Origin: Magallana gigas
Taxonomy: Eukaryota
Reading direction: 5' to 3'
Assembly (NCBI RefSeq): GCF_963853765.1
Contig: NC_088860.1
Coordinates: forward strand, 22,878,001 to 22,942,000
DNA: 64,000 bases
Shown: piece by piece, positions 51,301-64,000 of the stretch
Numbering within the stretch: the stretch's first letter is position 1
How the letters are laid out: each line of letters opens with the position of its first letter
Notes under the pieces: generated by a model
What the model was told of the DNA's origin: nothing
Seen by the model: only the letters and a program-made list of their open reading frames with translations
Database searches by the model: none
Position numbers and translations under genes: made by a program

Positions 51301-54300
51301 GATTCTTACCAAGAAGAAGATCGGTAAGAAGAAATGGTGCGACATGGTTTGTAGCATACGTAAATTCCAATCCCTCCTCTGTAATGGTTTTTGGCATGCC
51401 TATCAAAATATAAGGAGACAAAAATAATTAATAACTATCAGTCAGTCATTAATACAAATAATTTTATCAATCTCAACCTTCACCTCATTAGTGTAATGAA
51501 CTCTGTTGGGTTATTGTTATAGTTTGAGCTACTGAGTATTAGTGTCTAAAATGAACTGCAAGTTGCATGATGACCCTAAAAATATTCAATTTAACGATAT
51601 AACCCAGATTAAACTTTCTGATAAACAAAGTATTCAACATATTAAAACTGCAGGTGTATTTAAATGCATAGAATGGGAATCATACTGATAAATTATCTAC
51701 AGCCCTAAAGGAGACAATAATCTCAGTGCACTAACTTCCCTTTAATTTTATGGAATGAAAATTACTTACTATGATAAGTTCACCAAAACTTGAAACATTT
51801 ATTCAAAGAATAAAAAAACTAACTCACTTGAAACTGCTGCATTATTGATGAGAATATCTAATCTGGATTCTTGTTCATAAGTTTCTCGTGCAAACTGCCG
51901 TACAGATCGCATAGAACTAAGATCTAGGTGTCTGACGACCACATCACCTCCATCGGATAGTTCCTTCAGGATTTTTTTCTTTGCCTCTTCTGCCTTTTGT
52001 AAGTTTCTACAAGCTAAAATGACGCGAGCTCCTCGTTTGGCTAGATCTAGCGCTGTCCAATACCCAAGCCCTGTAAAATGTGATATTTACATTCATGGTT
52101 TCCTTAATTTCAAAGTGTTGTATATTTCATGATAGAACTATTTTAACAAGATCTTGGACTTTTGGTAGGACATAGTAGTAACTATCTATTTCTTGCTTCA
52201 AAACAAGTTAAAAATGATGCTAGTTTCAAGCAAAGTCTGCATCGATTGCAATTGCATAGTTTAAACTCACTCAAAAGCCAGATAAATCTAGTTGATTTCA
52301 ATGAGCTATGGCTGAGTGGCCAGCAATGAAATAGACAGGCCTACGACACATTGCTGTTTGACACAACTGCCCAAAGTCCAAGATCTTGTTAAAATGGTTT
52401 TAAATTAAGTTAATTTTACTTAAAGAGGAATTTTATTGCTAATGTTTGGCTTTTCTCCACTTGTCTATGTGATTTTAACAGAGTAATATATTTATCTAAT
52501 TAAAATTAGACTGACTTGTAAAACTGCTCCTTTGCGATAGCTATAAAATTTCTAACATTCCACACAGGGTCATCTCATAGTGACCTTTCAAATAGCCAAT
52601 GAAATCACTGCTGTCAAAATCTTGGCTGGTAGTTCAGTTATATACATGTATTTTTGATCACCAATGAACCTTATTCCCAGAGGTGCCTCATGTAGTACAC
52701 AAAGTCATGACGAAGTGCATGTATCAATTCTACATTGGTGTTATTGTTGTTTGCATGATTCATGGAAGAATATCAGTTGGATGGATATTATATATTGTAA
52801 AGAACAAATTAGATGAACAAGCATTAAAGTGGTTAAAGATAAAGCTATTGAAGTTAATATTTTAAGACTTGTTTATTGAAGCTTGAATCCGATTGGCTTA
52901 CATATCTATGTTTATTCATACTTAAAAGGTCGCTCTGAGATGACCTCATATGGGATGTCTTTACATCTTGCAAAGTGTATCGTAGAGGAGCGATTTTACA
53001 AGTCTAATTCAATAACAACACTACATTATATTTACTCCAGGTTTTCCTACTGTTTTTAAACTGTTGATATTGGAAAAATAATAAATTTTCTAAAAGTGCT
53101 ACTAGTTTCAAAATATAAACAAAAGTAAAGAAAAAAACTGTTTTAGTTATCAGAAAGGTTAGGAATTGATTCTTATGACTTTATTACATAGATATTTTGC
53201 TCTTTTTTGTCTCTTAAAATGTCAACATGCAGCTCTTAATTTCCAACGTCTATGGACACCGGTACCTGATCTGGAAAAATGGTCTTGAATTGGGAAAATA
53301 TTGATGATTTTTTGGGAATGGGTCCGGTAAACGGACCCAAAAATAAAATAGGCAAACCCCTGATTACAGTATTTAAACCAATCCTGATTTAATTCCTTAA
53401 TCTATGTGCATACGTAGAGAAATTTTCTGAATGTTTTACTGACTTCATGCAATCAGAAAACACTAATGAACCTTGATCACCTGAAGATAACAACAATGGT
53501 AATTACACTCAATCTGAATCACCAAGTTGATGAAAATGAAAGATAACTGCTGGTTATTCTAAATTGTGAATCGACATCAGAGGGCTATAGATTACCTACA
53601 GCAATTAAATGTACTTCAGAGGAGGGGTGGTTACCATAGTGATATAAAAATATAGTTCTCTATCTTTGGTATATGTAAATACATTCCTCGATACTTACAT
53701 ATAAATTTTGTACCTGGGAGTATCTGCTGCTTGTGAAAAACATGACAATCAAGATATCAAATAAAAGTATCGCTATATTGATTTTATATTTAAAATAAAG
53801 TATCTGAGCATTGTTAAAATAAATGCCAAAAAAAATGTCTGCCTTTTTCTTACTTTTAATTCCTGCAGTTGGTATATTTTCTTCTCATTAGGCAACACAA
53901 TTTTTTTTTTTTTTAAATTCTAAGTTAACAGCTGCCTATATAACAAAATGCAAAGACTTCTCACGGGTCTAAAGGGTCAGTGAGAGCAAAGCTCTCTCTA
54001 TAGATAACATTCATTTATTAAAAAAACTTTTTTTAAGATAAAAAACAATACCAGTACTCTATAAATTTAAATGTACTTCAAGTTGGCAGTCACCTGTTGC
54101 CATTCTGAATCTTTCACTAATTCTATCTGCCTAAAGAGTAAAGACATTAATTTTACAAAATCTCAGATAATTTTAAACCCCAGGCCTGCATCTTAAATTC
54201 TGAATGTTGGAGAAAACATATCAGTTTAAAAAAAAAAAAAATTATTTTTCTGCAACAGGACATTTCTATCTACCATCAAATTATTATTATGTCTGAAGCC

Positions 54301-55291
54301 TTTTCACTTTTACAGAAATTGTCTAGAATAAGTGATGTCTCCATCTAATATGACCTCGTAATGTCTGAGCAAGGGACCTTTAAAATAATAAATAAATAGA
54401 TACCCAGATCCAATTTGCATATTTCAAATGAATCAATACACTCTTGTAAGTTAATAGTAAAATATTGACTTCAACCTCCAAATAGTCACGAGTAAAACTT
54501 ATAATTATCTAAAATTGTCAAGTTCTGCAATTATATACCTCATGATATCAACAATATCTGAACAGATACCAACCACCTGTTTGGATAATTGCTGTGCTGA
54601 TGATGATATCACAAGAGCAATTTGATATTCTAATTATGATGTCTTTAAAAAAACCCACCAAGATATATCTGTTAGGCAATGCACACTAATGATATGCCTG
54701 CTCTGATGTGAATAAGCAAAATAAGCAAAGTTAACATTCAAAAGGGAGTTGACATCGAATTTGTTCAAAAATAAATTCTGACATATGGCATGCCTAAACA
54801 AAAAGTGTGTTTAATTACAACCATCCGAGGTTAATATTTGCTGAGAAACATGTCATAAAAATATGACACGGACAGACAGACAGCCATACAAGGGAAAAAC
54901 TTCTGAAAAAATGCTTGATCACCAGTCTAAGCATGGTAAGAAGAGGAGCAGTTTTACCTGTACAAGTCTAATTTTAATTACATGTATATATTGCTTGATC
55001 ATTGTAAATCGCAGTCTCAAAAAATATCAGCTGAAAATAGGATTTTGTGATTCAGCAGTTTTTGGTATTTCATTCGTTTTGATGAACAACGAAACAAACA
55101 TGAATAAACTTACATAACAAACAAAGATGAATCAACATACCCGTATTGGCACCGGTAACAATAGCCGTTTTACCATGTAACTTAATTTCAGATACGAAAG
55201 GCTTCTTTATGGACACTTCGTATAGTTTTACCGCTGTGAGGACTATCCCAACAAATAAACAAAATCCACAGAATATGGAAATTAGATCCAT
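48338..55291 (-). CDS. Retinol dehydrogenase 11/12/13/14-like short-chain dehydrogenase, 326 aa
   Basis: Exons 55291-55141, 52070-51828, 51399-51310, 50409-50224, 49651-49548, 48544-48338 (981 nt, GT-AG). It has an N-terminal hydrophobic anchor, TGANTGLG, VILACR, LDLSS, LINNAA, catalytic YCNTK, VHPG and GAQTTLYAA...G.YLSD. Confidence 0.93.
52132..52402. mobile_element. MITE (about 270 bp), copy 1
   Basis: TIRs AACTATTTTAACAAGATCTTGGACTTT / AAAGTCCAAGATCTTGTTAAAATGGTT; body homologous to 56689-56950. Confidence 0.8.
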
Positions 55292-56579
55292 TGCAATCTT
55301 TAAAGACTGTAACTTCAAAGAGGCTTTGATATTAGCTTTTTCCCTTACAGACCAGATCTAGTTTCACTTTTATAAGATCAAACCGGATATAGGTGGGAGA
55401 GAAATATGAGTAAAAGTCTACCTCGTTAGTGATTGTTCCGGAAAATTACCTGCTTCTTTGAAGTGGGCAATTATTTTTATCGATTCAAACTTTGCATTAG
55501 TAAAAACAATGACATTTCACCTTGAGCAATGTTTTGAAAGATAAAATCATGAAAACGGACTGCAGTTAATGTCCTAGCTTCCTCTTCGCTTAAATAGTTC
55601 CCGAGGCTCAGACAGACCAAGAATAGTCAAGAGCAGTATTTAAACAAGCGTACATGGCAGTGTGTCTAAAATTATGGTGACTAGGATAAACTATCCTTTT
55701 TAATTTAAAAAACATTAACTTAGATGTTAAGCATTAATTATATTTCTGATTAATTAGAAAAAATACAAATATTGTTAATTGTTTTCTCCTTGTAATCTTT
55801 AACCAACATGTTTCCATTCAAATCAGTTTTATCTCCAAAATAATGATCTCATATTTTCTTAAATCATAATTTATGGAAAACAACAATATTCACTTTCATT
55901 TCTTATGATAAAAAATATGTTTTAAAAGATTTTTACAGTATTATATAAGAGTCCTGTCATAAGCTAACACCCCCCCCCCCGCAATTTTCAAAAATATATC
56001 AGTGATCAATACACAATTTTTGTTACCCGTTTACAAGTAGATTTTGCATATAATAGATATCTGATTGTTTGTTAAAACGTTTACTCCTAATTAGCGATAT
56101 AAAATTTTACAAGCTTCTCTTATCAAAATTTAAAAATTAATGTAAAATGCATTAATTAATCATTTAAGGTACGGAAAAAATCTCCAATATTAAATGACTA
56201 TAATTATATTTATTGTTAATAATCTCCATACACGTTGATATAAGTACATGTACCTTAAATGAGTTTGAACAACTGACCAATGAGGAAAAATCATAACGTG
56301 CGACTTCGTTCAAAATTGTCTATTTTTCAGAGATTAACTTATTTCAACTTTATGTACAAATAAACTATATTTAAGCTAGATTCTTACATCAATGAAGATA
56401 TTTGTTTTCATTTAATATAAATTTTGTGTAAGTTGAGTATATATGTTTCTAAAAGACTGAATATTCACAAAGTTGTAGTAAGTCTCTTTGTTAGATTCTA
56501 ATAATGTCTTTTATGACATATTCTATATCTTATATATAAAAAATAAGGAAAACAATTACCTACTGGTTATTTTCTTCGA

Positions 56580-56581
<2 letters not shown>

Positions 56582-56632
<51 letters not shown>
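56582..56632. repeat. (CT)n microsatellite
   Basis: Seen directly. Confidence 0.98.
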
Positions 56633-56634
<2 letters not shown>

Positions 56635-56688
56635 TGCTAAAGATAATGTAACTGTACAAGTGTAAGTGGCAGCGTAAAATTGTCTCTA

Positions 56689-56950
56689 TTAGAACCATTT
56701 AAACAAGACCTTGAGCTCTCAGTAGGACGTAGCTATATATCTACATGTATTCCTTGTGTCAAAACAAGTTAAAATGACGCGGTTTCAAGCGAAAAATGCA
56801 TCAATTGCGTAGTTAACTCAAAAGCTAGACAAATCTTATTATTATCAAAGAGCCGTGGCTGAGTGGCTGTAAGGAAATAGATAGGCCTACGTCACATTGC
56901 TGTTTGACACAACTACCCAAAATCCATGCTATTGTTAAAATGGTTCTATA
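56689..56950. mobile_element. MITE, copy 2 of the 52132 family
   Basis: AGAACCATTTAAACAA ... TTGTTAAAATGGTTCTATA; shares internal TGGCTGAGTGGC and CACATTGCTGTTTGACACAACT with copy 1. Confidence 0.78.
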
Positions 56951-56993
56951 TACATAAAGAAAAGAATTTTTTTGGTATGAAACATTTACTGTA

Positions 56994-58157
56994 TCAGTCA
57001 ACATGCCACAAATATGAACAGAAACAACATGTGAGTTTCTTCTTAAGCGCTCGTAAATTGTGTCTCACTTCGTTCACTCTGAACGCATACACCAATGGGT
57101 TACAGGCGGAATTCAGACTTGAAATCACGCAGACAAAATAAATGGCATCTTGGCTACGCGCGTTTTTTGGAAACGTATGGCTCCAGCCCATCAGGAAGTT
57201 AACGGCACACAAGGGAGATAAACAGAAGAGCAAACATCCTGCCAGGATCAACAAAGTTACCACCGCCTTCCTATGGGCCACTAATTTGACTGTCCTCAAC
57301 GAAAGTCGATTTAATTTGACTCTCTTGGGCTTATCTGGTTTATTTGGAGCGTGGTTGCCTTCCTGAACACCAGATCGAGGCCGAACAAAGATGACGCGAG
57401 GTTTGCTGAGTGTGAAAACATCCTTTTGACCATTCTTTGCTGGGTGTATCAGCGATTTTTGAAGATTAAGAATTCGATATAACATCCACCCACAGGAAGT
57501 TATGATGAAAAAGAGGCCAAGAAAGAGAAGAATAGCCCACGAACGAAATAATATATGAGCACCAAAATCCGAAAACAGTTCCGGAATGGAACATACAGTT
57601 ATTGTATGATCCCTCCTTAAAGCGGTAAATGGTATAAACACAATTGCAAAAGAGCAGACCCACGTTGCTATGATGATTATCCAAAATCGAAACACTCTTT
57701 TAGTTCGTTCTGACGAATAATTTCTGGTTAATATCCACCAACGATCTGCACAAATGAAGCACAGGTGTAACAGAGAGGCCACAATGCAGCACAGGTAAAT
57801 ACCTAGGGCCACCCAACACCTGGCGTACTGCAGTGGGGGTTTAGGGTCGTTAATTCCGTCGGTGACACGTAGGGCGTAGAATAAGAACACGCTACTGACG
57901 CTGACCATACAGTCGGTGATGCTCAAACTCAGGATGTGGACGTTCCGGATCTTCCGCCCCATACACCGACCACTGATTAATATAATGATGACTGGAAGGT
58001 TCAGCAGGAAAACGACCAGTGTTGAAGTCACGTATAGAGAGATGGACAACAATCTGAGCACCGGCGCCATATTGGGAGTGATGCTGAAAGTAAAACATTC
58101 ACGGGACTCTCGAACTCTGGGATGCTTTATTCTGGGAGATGATGGTTTCTGCTCCAT
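56994..58157 (-). CDS. Intronless orphan rhodopsin-like (class A) GPCR, 387 aa
   Basis: Seven hydrophobic segments: TM1 LLN, TM2 LSITD, TM3 ASLLHLCFICADRW, TM4 W, TM6 FCLSP and TM7 NSACNPLVYAFR..EVR. An ECL2 Cys and a C-terminal CCFC are present. Confidence 0.9.
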   Translation of the reverse strand: MEQKPSSPRIKHPRVRESRECFTFSITPNMAPVLRLLSISLYVTSTLVVFLLNLPVIIILISGRCMGRKIRNVHILSLSITDCMVSVSSVFLFYALRVTDGINDPKPPLQYARCWVALGIYLCCIVASLLHLCFICADRWWILTRNYSSERTKRVFRFWIIIIATWVCSFAIVFIPFTALRRDHTITVCSIPELFSDFGAHILFRSWAILLFLGLFFIITSCGWMLYRILNLQKSLIHPAKNGQKDVFTLSKPRVIFVRPRSGVQEGNHAPNKPDKPKRVKLNRLSLRTVKLVAHRKAVVTLLILAGCLLFCLSPLCAVNFLMGWSHTFPKNARSQDAIYFVCVISSLNSACNPLVYAFRVNEVRHNLRALKKKLTCCFCSYLWHVD

Positions 58158-59377
58158 AAGGTTGCGTGTTGGTTAATGGTGCGTTGATGTTTATCAGCCA
58201 ATTAATGTCAATGTTTTCCGTTCTATTACGGAACAATTAAAGCGATGATTTTATGATTTTTATTGTTCCTTAGTCTTACATTGATTAACTCGCTCAATGT
58301 AATGGTCTACCTGTATATAAAATGCTGATGGCTCCGGATCAGTTGCCATTGGTGACCAAAGATAAGACTTGGACGTCTTAGGAAGAAAATTCTATTAAAG
58401 AACTTTGGTCTGTAGCACAAGATGTAAAATCTTTAACAGAATAAAGAAAATACAAAGTTAACCATATTAAGACATATTGATTTTTATTAACAAAATGCAA
58501 GGGCTTTGTGCTCTTGAATTAGATGAAATCATGCATTAAATTTTACTAGCTAGTATTTATAAACTACTAGTATTACAATATTATATTTCGTTTAGTTTGC
58601 ATGCATATGACTCCAGTATTTCACATTTTACAACTGGCATTAAAATCATTCATTGTTTTGGTGGACTATTAGATATATATTGAATGATTTAAATTTAACA
58701 CCTTTTTATTATCATTTGCAATGGAAGGCTGCAAATTTTAGTTGAAATCGTGAGCATGTCTTTTTGATTTACAGGAATTTAGATGTACATGCAAGTAGGG
58801 GGTTTTCTTTCTTTCCTAAAAGTTATACAGAATCGTAAATATGAAAAAAAAATTATGGAAATTTTTGTACATTTCATCTACAATGTGGTTCAAATAAAAG
58901 AACATATTGATCAATATTTTCATACGTACTTTATCAGATTTGAACTGAACAAATATCTTTTTTTTAAATTTACCAGTCACACGTGCACTAGTGTTTGTGC
59001 AGAACCACGGGTTTTCGTGAAGCCAAATTCACTTTGGGATTGAATAGTTATATCAGCATGCATTTTTGTGAAGAGATGAATACTCGGGTTGCAGAATGTA
59101 CATGCATATATTGAAACTGAAAATCGTATACACTTATATTTACATGTAGTACGTGGATGGGGTGTTGCTTGTAAACCTAAACATTTTATATTTTATGTAT
59201 TGCGATTCATGAAAAACTTAATAAAAATTATTGTAAATTGAATTACTTTTACATGTACGTTGGCAATTCATTTATGGTTATCATATATTCCTACATTTAC
59301 TTTTGGGTTATCCCTGTTCGTTTATTCGGAACACTTCATTCCCATCTAAAGGGTTTTAGCTATTAGAATTTTACACG

Positions 59378-62300
59378 ATGGCTGCGGCCGGAAAACTTCT
59401 CTGTCGGATTTCGGGTATGGGTTTTAAAGGAGACAAAGAAATTGATTAATTTTTAGATTAGTTGCAAAATCATCTTCGGATTCTCTTATATTAGCTACGA
59501 ATATGGTGTGCATTGATATTTTATTTTAATAGACAAGGTGACACTATCATTTCGAATTTCCTCAACTATTTCTATGAGAACGTTTGTGCTTACATGTATA
59601 TATCTTGCTTTAGCTATTTAGATTTTGAAGAGATGCATTGTTAATGATGAACAACGTTGGTTATGTTAATATTTTTCAATGACCCATGTTTTGTAGGCAT
59701 TACAAAGTCTGGAGTAAGGTCATGTTACACCACAACACGTAAAAATTTGATGATAGACAAAAACACCAAGGTTATCTGTCAGGGATTTACAGGGAAACAG
59801 GTAGGTTAAGTCCTTTAAATAAAAGCTCGAATAATGATATAGATGTCCTTGACATTAATTAAGTTATCGAAATAATGGTGATGTACACATTTAACAGTTT
59901 TAACCTTCTCACACCAAAACATAAATTGATTCAAGATTGTCTGAAGATCAAAGCAATGCACAGAAATATTAGAGCATATTATGATTTAAGAGATGATATT
60001 ATGATAACGTTTTTTTCGCATTAACACGACATATTACTCTGACTTCCATGATTTTACTCAACATGATGTTGTCTTTGTAGGGAACCATACACAGTCAGCA
60101 GGCTATTGAGTATGGGACAAGAATGGTTGGGGGTGTGTCCCCTGGTAAGGGTGGCCAGGTTCACTTAGGTCTCCCTGTCTTTAACTCAGTCCAAGAGGTA
60201 CGTGCAGATTGATGAAATTATGCTACATACTTTTTAGTGCTCCAAGTCATGCTTACATTCATGTCACTATTCTGGTTGTCATCAATATATATTTAACTTG
60301 CCATGTTTAGCCTATTTTGCAAACAACACAGTTATATTATAACGCAAGGAACAGATTCATCTTTGAATAAAAAATCTTATTGGTGCCTTCATTGGGGGTA
60401 CTGGGTTGGATATTCAGATGATAAACCTTTTCCTTAATAAATAAATAAATACAGCAGAGGTTCATGCAAAACTCATGCCTGAATTTTGATGGGTTTTGTT
60501 TTGAAATAAAAAATATGGTTGTTTATTTGAAGGCTAGAGATAAAACGAACTGTGATGCTTCCGTCATCTATGTGCCACCACCATTCGCAGCTGCAGCCAT
60601 TGTTGAAGCCATTGATGCAGAAATCCCACTAGTTGTCTGTATCACAGAAGGAATTCCCCAGCAAGACATGGTCAAAGTCAAACACAAGCTTGTACGACAG
60701 AATAAAACTAGACTCATTGGACCCAATTGTCCGGGCATTATTAAAGTGAGTAGCGAGTGATGAAAAAAGAAGGTACTAATAGCACAGAATTAATAATATA
60801 CGTAGTACATTAAGGTAACTAATCAAGAGACTATGGATATATAATATAGAGGTATTACTTCTAAAAAAATAAAAATTAAAAATTGAACTAACTCTATTGT
60901 ACACATACTTAATTTAGCATATTTTTGTGCTGCTTCTTCACTATTTCAAGCACTTGCTATTATGCCCAGATATTTGAATTACCCATAAAAGCTTATCTCT
61001 ATATGCATTAATTTTTTATTACACTGATCAGTCAAATGTTGCGCTAATTAATATTTAGTGCCCTAATTTATGGACATTCACAATATTTGAACCAGACATT
61101 TCTTGATGTAAACAAGCTTTTCCTTTTGCTATTACTAGCCTGGAGAATGCAAGATTGGAATCATGCCAGGTCACATTCACCAAAGGGGGCGTATTGGAAT
61201 CGTGTCCAGATCCGGAACCCTGACCTATGAAGCTGTCCACCAGACCACCATGACCGGGTTGGGTCAGACCCTGTGTGTGGGCATTGGAGGAGATCCTTTC
61301 AATGGAACCAACTTTGTAGATTGCCTGGAGGTGTTCCTAGCAGACCCAAAGACAGAAGGTACGACTATCTTCATGTTAATTGCCATTATCTTGGGACAGG
61401 GCATATTGTTCATCCTAATTTTTAAAACATGTTTTAGTATTATCTTTCACATGAATGATGCAAACTAAAAAAATATCTAGAATTCCACTTTTTACTTTAA
61501 TTTGCATGTAAGAAATTTTCATGAGGTCTCAAGAGCCATGCTGATGTGAATATTCTTCGCCACGAAAGGTCCTTAAATGTCTTTGGCATATTAATTTTTA
61601 AGTAATCTAAATCTTGATCACGAAAATTAGTCGCAGCGAACCAATTACTAGTACCTATTAATTAGTGTTTTGAATATATCAAGGCAATAAGCTCTAGTTT
61701 GATTGTAAAACACACTGATTTCAGTGCAAAAAGAATAATTCATCTTATTTTATGAAGTAAAAAAAAAGTCCTTTCTTATCCACGTTTTGACAAATCAGTC
61801 TAAGTACCAATGTGTAGTTTTTTGGGAGTTGATTTTAATCAACTCTCCTATGCAGTTTCTCTGGCAAACCGAAAGTGAAACATTGTTTGGACCTAAGCAC
61901 AAATCATCACCGCTGACAAGACTTAGATCTTGAAAATATTAGATAAATTCTGAGTACTGTATGCTGAACCATTAATTTTCAAGGAAATGTATTTATAAAT
62001 ACCTTGAAAATAGTCAGATTTTTTTGTAGTAGTATGTATTCCTACGCCAGAGTTCAATTAAGTCTCGTTCAACCAGACGCTCGGCTGAATCCGTAAATCT
62101 TCGACAAACAGTGAGTCTCTCTTGGTAGTTGGAAATTAACGGAGACACCCAAGCGTCTGGTTGAACGAGACTAGAGTTCAATATTGCTTGGATCCAGACA
62201 TGTGTACAATTTTTAGAAATATTTTGATTACTGATACATAGTTTGATGGAATTCTATCTTTAAATATTACACAACATGATTCATATGGGGTTTTCTCGAA

Positions 62301-63756
62301 ATTCTTGACGGAAAAGTTCGAGAATTCATATTATAAAAATGTGCGTTATTCAAATACAGATTAGAAACTACTTGCCATGCAAAATAACATATCGTTGATT
62401 TTAAAATCAATAATAATCGATAAAATCAACTCCCTTCAGTACTTCAGTACATGTACTTTGATTTTATAGTGGCATTATCATTCTAACATGCAGCCTTTTC
62501 TACAGAAATGTACAAATCTGATTGAAATTGCCTCTTCTGACATGCTTCTGCTCTCAAAGTTCTGAATCAGCTCGTATAGAGGTCATGTACCTCTTAGCAA
62601 ACCAAGAATCTAAATACAGTATTTGAAAATAAGGTCATAACATTTTTTGTCCAATCAATATTCATTTTCCTTAAATACTTTCAGAAGAGGTAGGAATAAA
62701 ATCAAGATGTCTGTTTCATTCAATACAATCCAAGCCTTTTCAGTGGGTTTTTATGTCTGCAGAAACAAAAACCCAAATACTATGCACATGTTACATAGCT
62801 GTACATTTTCTTGGAAGTTACTGTAGCACTTTCTTGACAATGGTACCACCTTGAATACTAATATTCGTGCAAATTTTGCAGGCAGAGTTTTGCCAGCCTG
62901 GATTTGATTGATTTATTAAAAGGTAGCCTGGCCCTCACCTCTAAGCAAGTTGATTCAGATGTTCTCGAGGAGAATCATATCAGAACAGATTGTGAAATAA
63001 ATGGATATATTTTCATTTTGCAATTATATTATATTATTTTGATATACAAACTCTTTTTTTTTTTTCAACAGGAATTATACTAATTGGTGAAATTGGTGGC
63101 GGAGCCGAAGAAAAAGCAGCAGAATACCTCAGAAATAACAATTACGTAAGTCAGATGTAATTAAGGAATGAATTCAATATTTATTTGTTTTATACGATAT
63201 AAAATGGTTTGGGGCAGTTTACGCTTTGTAAACCGCGAAGCGGTTAATAGCCAATCAGAAAGCGCGTTACAATCAGAATAAAATTATTCTCTTATTACGT
63301 ACGCTTCTTCCAAAAAGAGAAATGGTAAATAAGAGGGCTGGATGGTTGTGGCAATTTTTAGCTTATTAATATCTTCATAAGTAAGAGCTTTGAAATTGAA
63401 ATTTCATGGAATTTTTCTTTATTAAATGATTGTTATTGGCTAGAAAAAATAATATCTAAAAATTTAAGGTAGATCTGATGGGTAATTTGTTGACTATCTA
63501 GCTTCCTAAAAGCTCAGTCACATATTCTTTAGTCCTGCTTTGACTATTCCTTCTTTAACCGTTTCAGGGTCCTACTGCCAAGCCTGTTGTGTCCTTCATT
63601 GCTGGGCTGACCGCCCCACCCGGTAGGAGAATGGGCCACGCAGGTGCTATCATTGCCGGGGGTAAAGGAGGGGCCGACGAAAAGATTGCTTCCCTGAAGG
63701 AAGCTGGTGTAACGGTCACAATGTCTCCAGCGGAAATAGGAAAAACTATGTTAGAG
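59378..63756 (+). CDS. SUCLG1: Succinate-CoA ligase subunit alpha, mitochondrial (final exon outside window)
   Basis: Exons 59378-59414, 59697-59800, 60081-60197, 60533-60745, 61139-61358, 63072-63145, 63568-63756 (GT-AG, in frame). Motifs: [62 protein letters not shown] and phospho-His motif [10 protein letters not shown] pyrimidine-rich AG at 63999 may be the next acceptor. Confidence 0.97.
62059..62173. mobile_element. About 115-bp MITE with 9-bp TSD (Mutator-like, inferred) in SUCLG1 intron 5
   Basis: TIRs AGTCTCGTTCAACCAGACGCT / AGCGTCTGGTTGAACGAGACT; GAGTTCAAT duplicated at 62050-62058 and 62174-62182. Confidence 0.85.
63175..63290. repeat. Fragment of a dispersed repeat with an AACCGCGAAGCGGTT hairpin core
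   Basis: Hairpin at 63231-63245 followed by AGCCAATCAGAAAGCGCGTTACAATCAGAATAAAATTATT. Confidence 0.5.
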
Positions 63757-64000
63757 GTCAGTAGAGTTGTCTTTCCTTGTGTTGGATTCTTTACTAACTG
63801 AGTAGTTCTAGTTTATAGATTTGAATGAACAAGAATTTGATAGATTTTTTTATTCAGACAGATTTTATAGTTTTTATGTGTGATACTTTTTTCTGTTAGA
63901 CTCTCTATCCACCAGTTGAAGGTATATACCCACGGTAGTCATATATGGTATAAATGTCCTCAACTGCTTTCTCAGTGTTACATGTTTCTTTGCTTCCAGT

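Noticed and set aside
56994-63756. Idea that the GPCR beside SUCLG1 is a succinate receptor
   Set aside because: It lacks the purinergic-cluster features expected of SUCNR1, and adjacency in an animal genome is not evidence of shared function.

Overview
AT-rich, intron-containing animal genomic DNA with two scaffold gaps (N at 3082-3231 and 14328-14462). The repeat complement (a Helentron/HINE-type element carrying about 170-bp satellite-like units, Cryptons, many MITEs) points to a bivalve, most likely an oyster (Crassostrea/Magallana); this is inference. Seven host genes were rebuilt by hand from GT-AG exons with consistent phase. (1) A secreted protein joining a Spaetzle-type cystine knot to a collagen triple helix (minus, 5 exons, 428 aa). 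(2, 3) A tandem pair of membrane guanylate cyclases with TM-NIT-TM-coiled coil-cyclase architecture and degenerate catalytic Asn/Arg positions, with RFX X-box motifs upstream of the second copy. (4) A GT10 alpha-1,3-fucosyltransferase. (5) An RDH11-14-like short-chain dehydrogenase. (6) An intronless orphan class A GPCR. (7) SUCLG1, whose last exon is missing from the window. Mobile DNA includes an apparently intact spliced Crypton tyrosine-recombinase element, a decayed second Crypton, an intact DD35D pogo transposase with a PHD finger inside a cyclase intron, a LINE 3' fragment nested in a TIR element, a Helentron, several MITEs and a set of palindromic elements centred on GNA/GNNA mini-hairpins. 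No rRNA, intact tRNA or CRISPR array was seen. All family assignments rest on motif recognition, not database searches. The best candidates for new biology are the Spaetzle-collagen fusion and the asymmetric, possibly ciliary NIT-guanylate cyclase pair.
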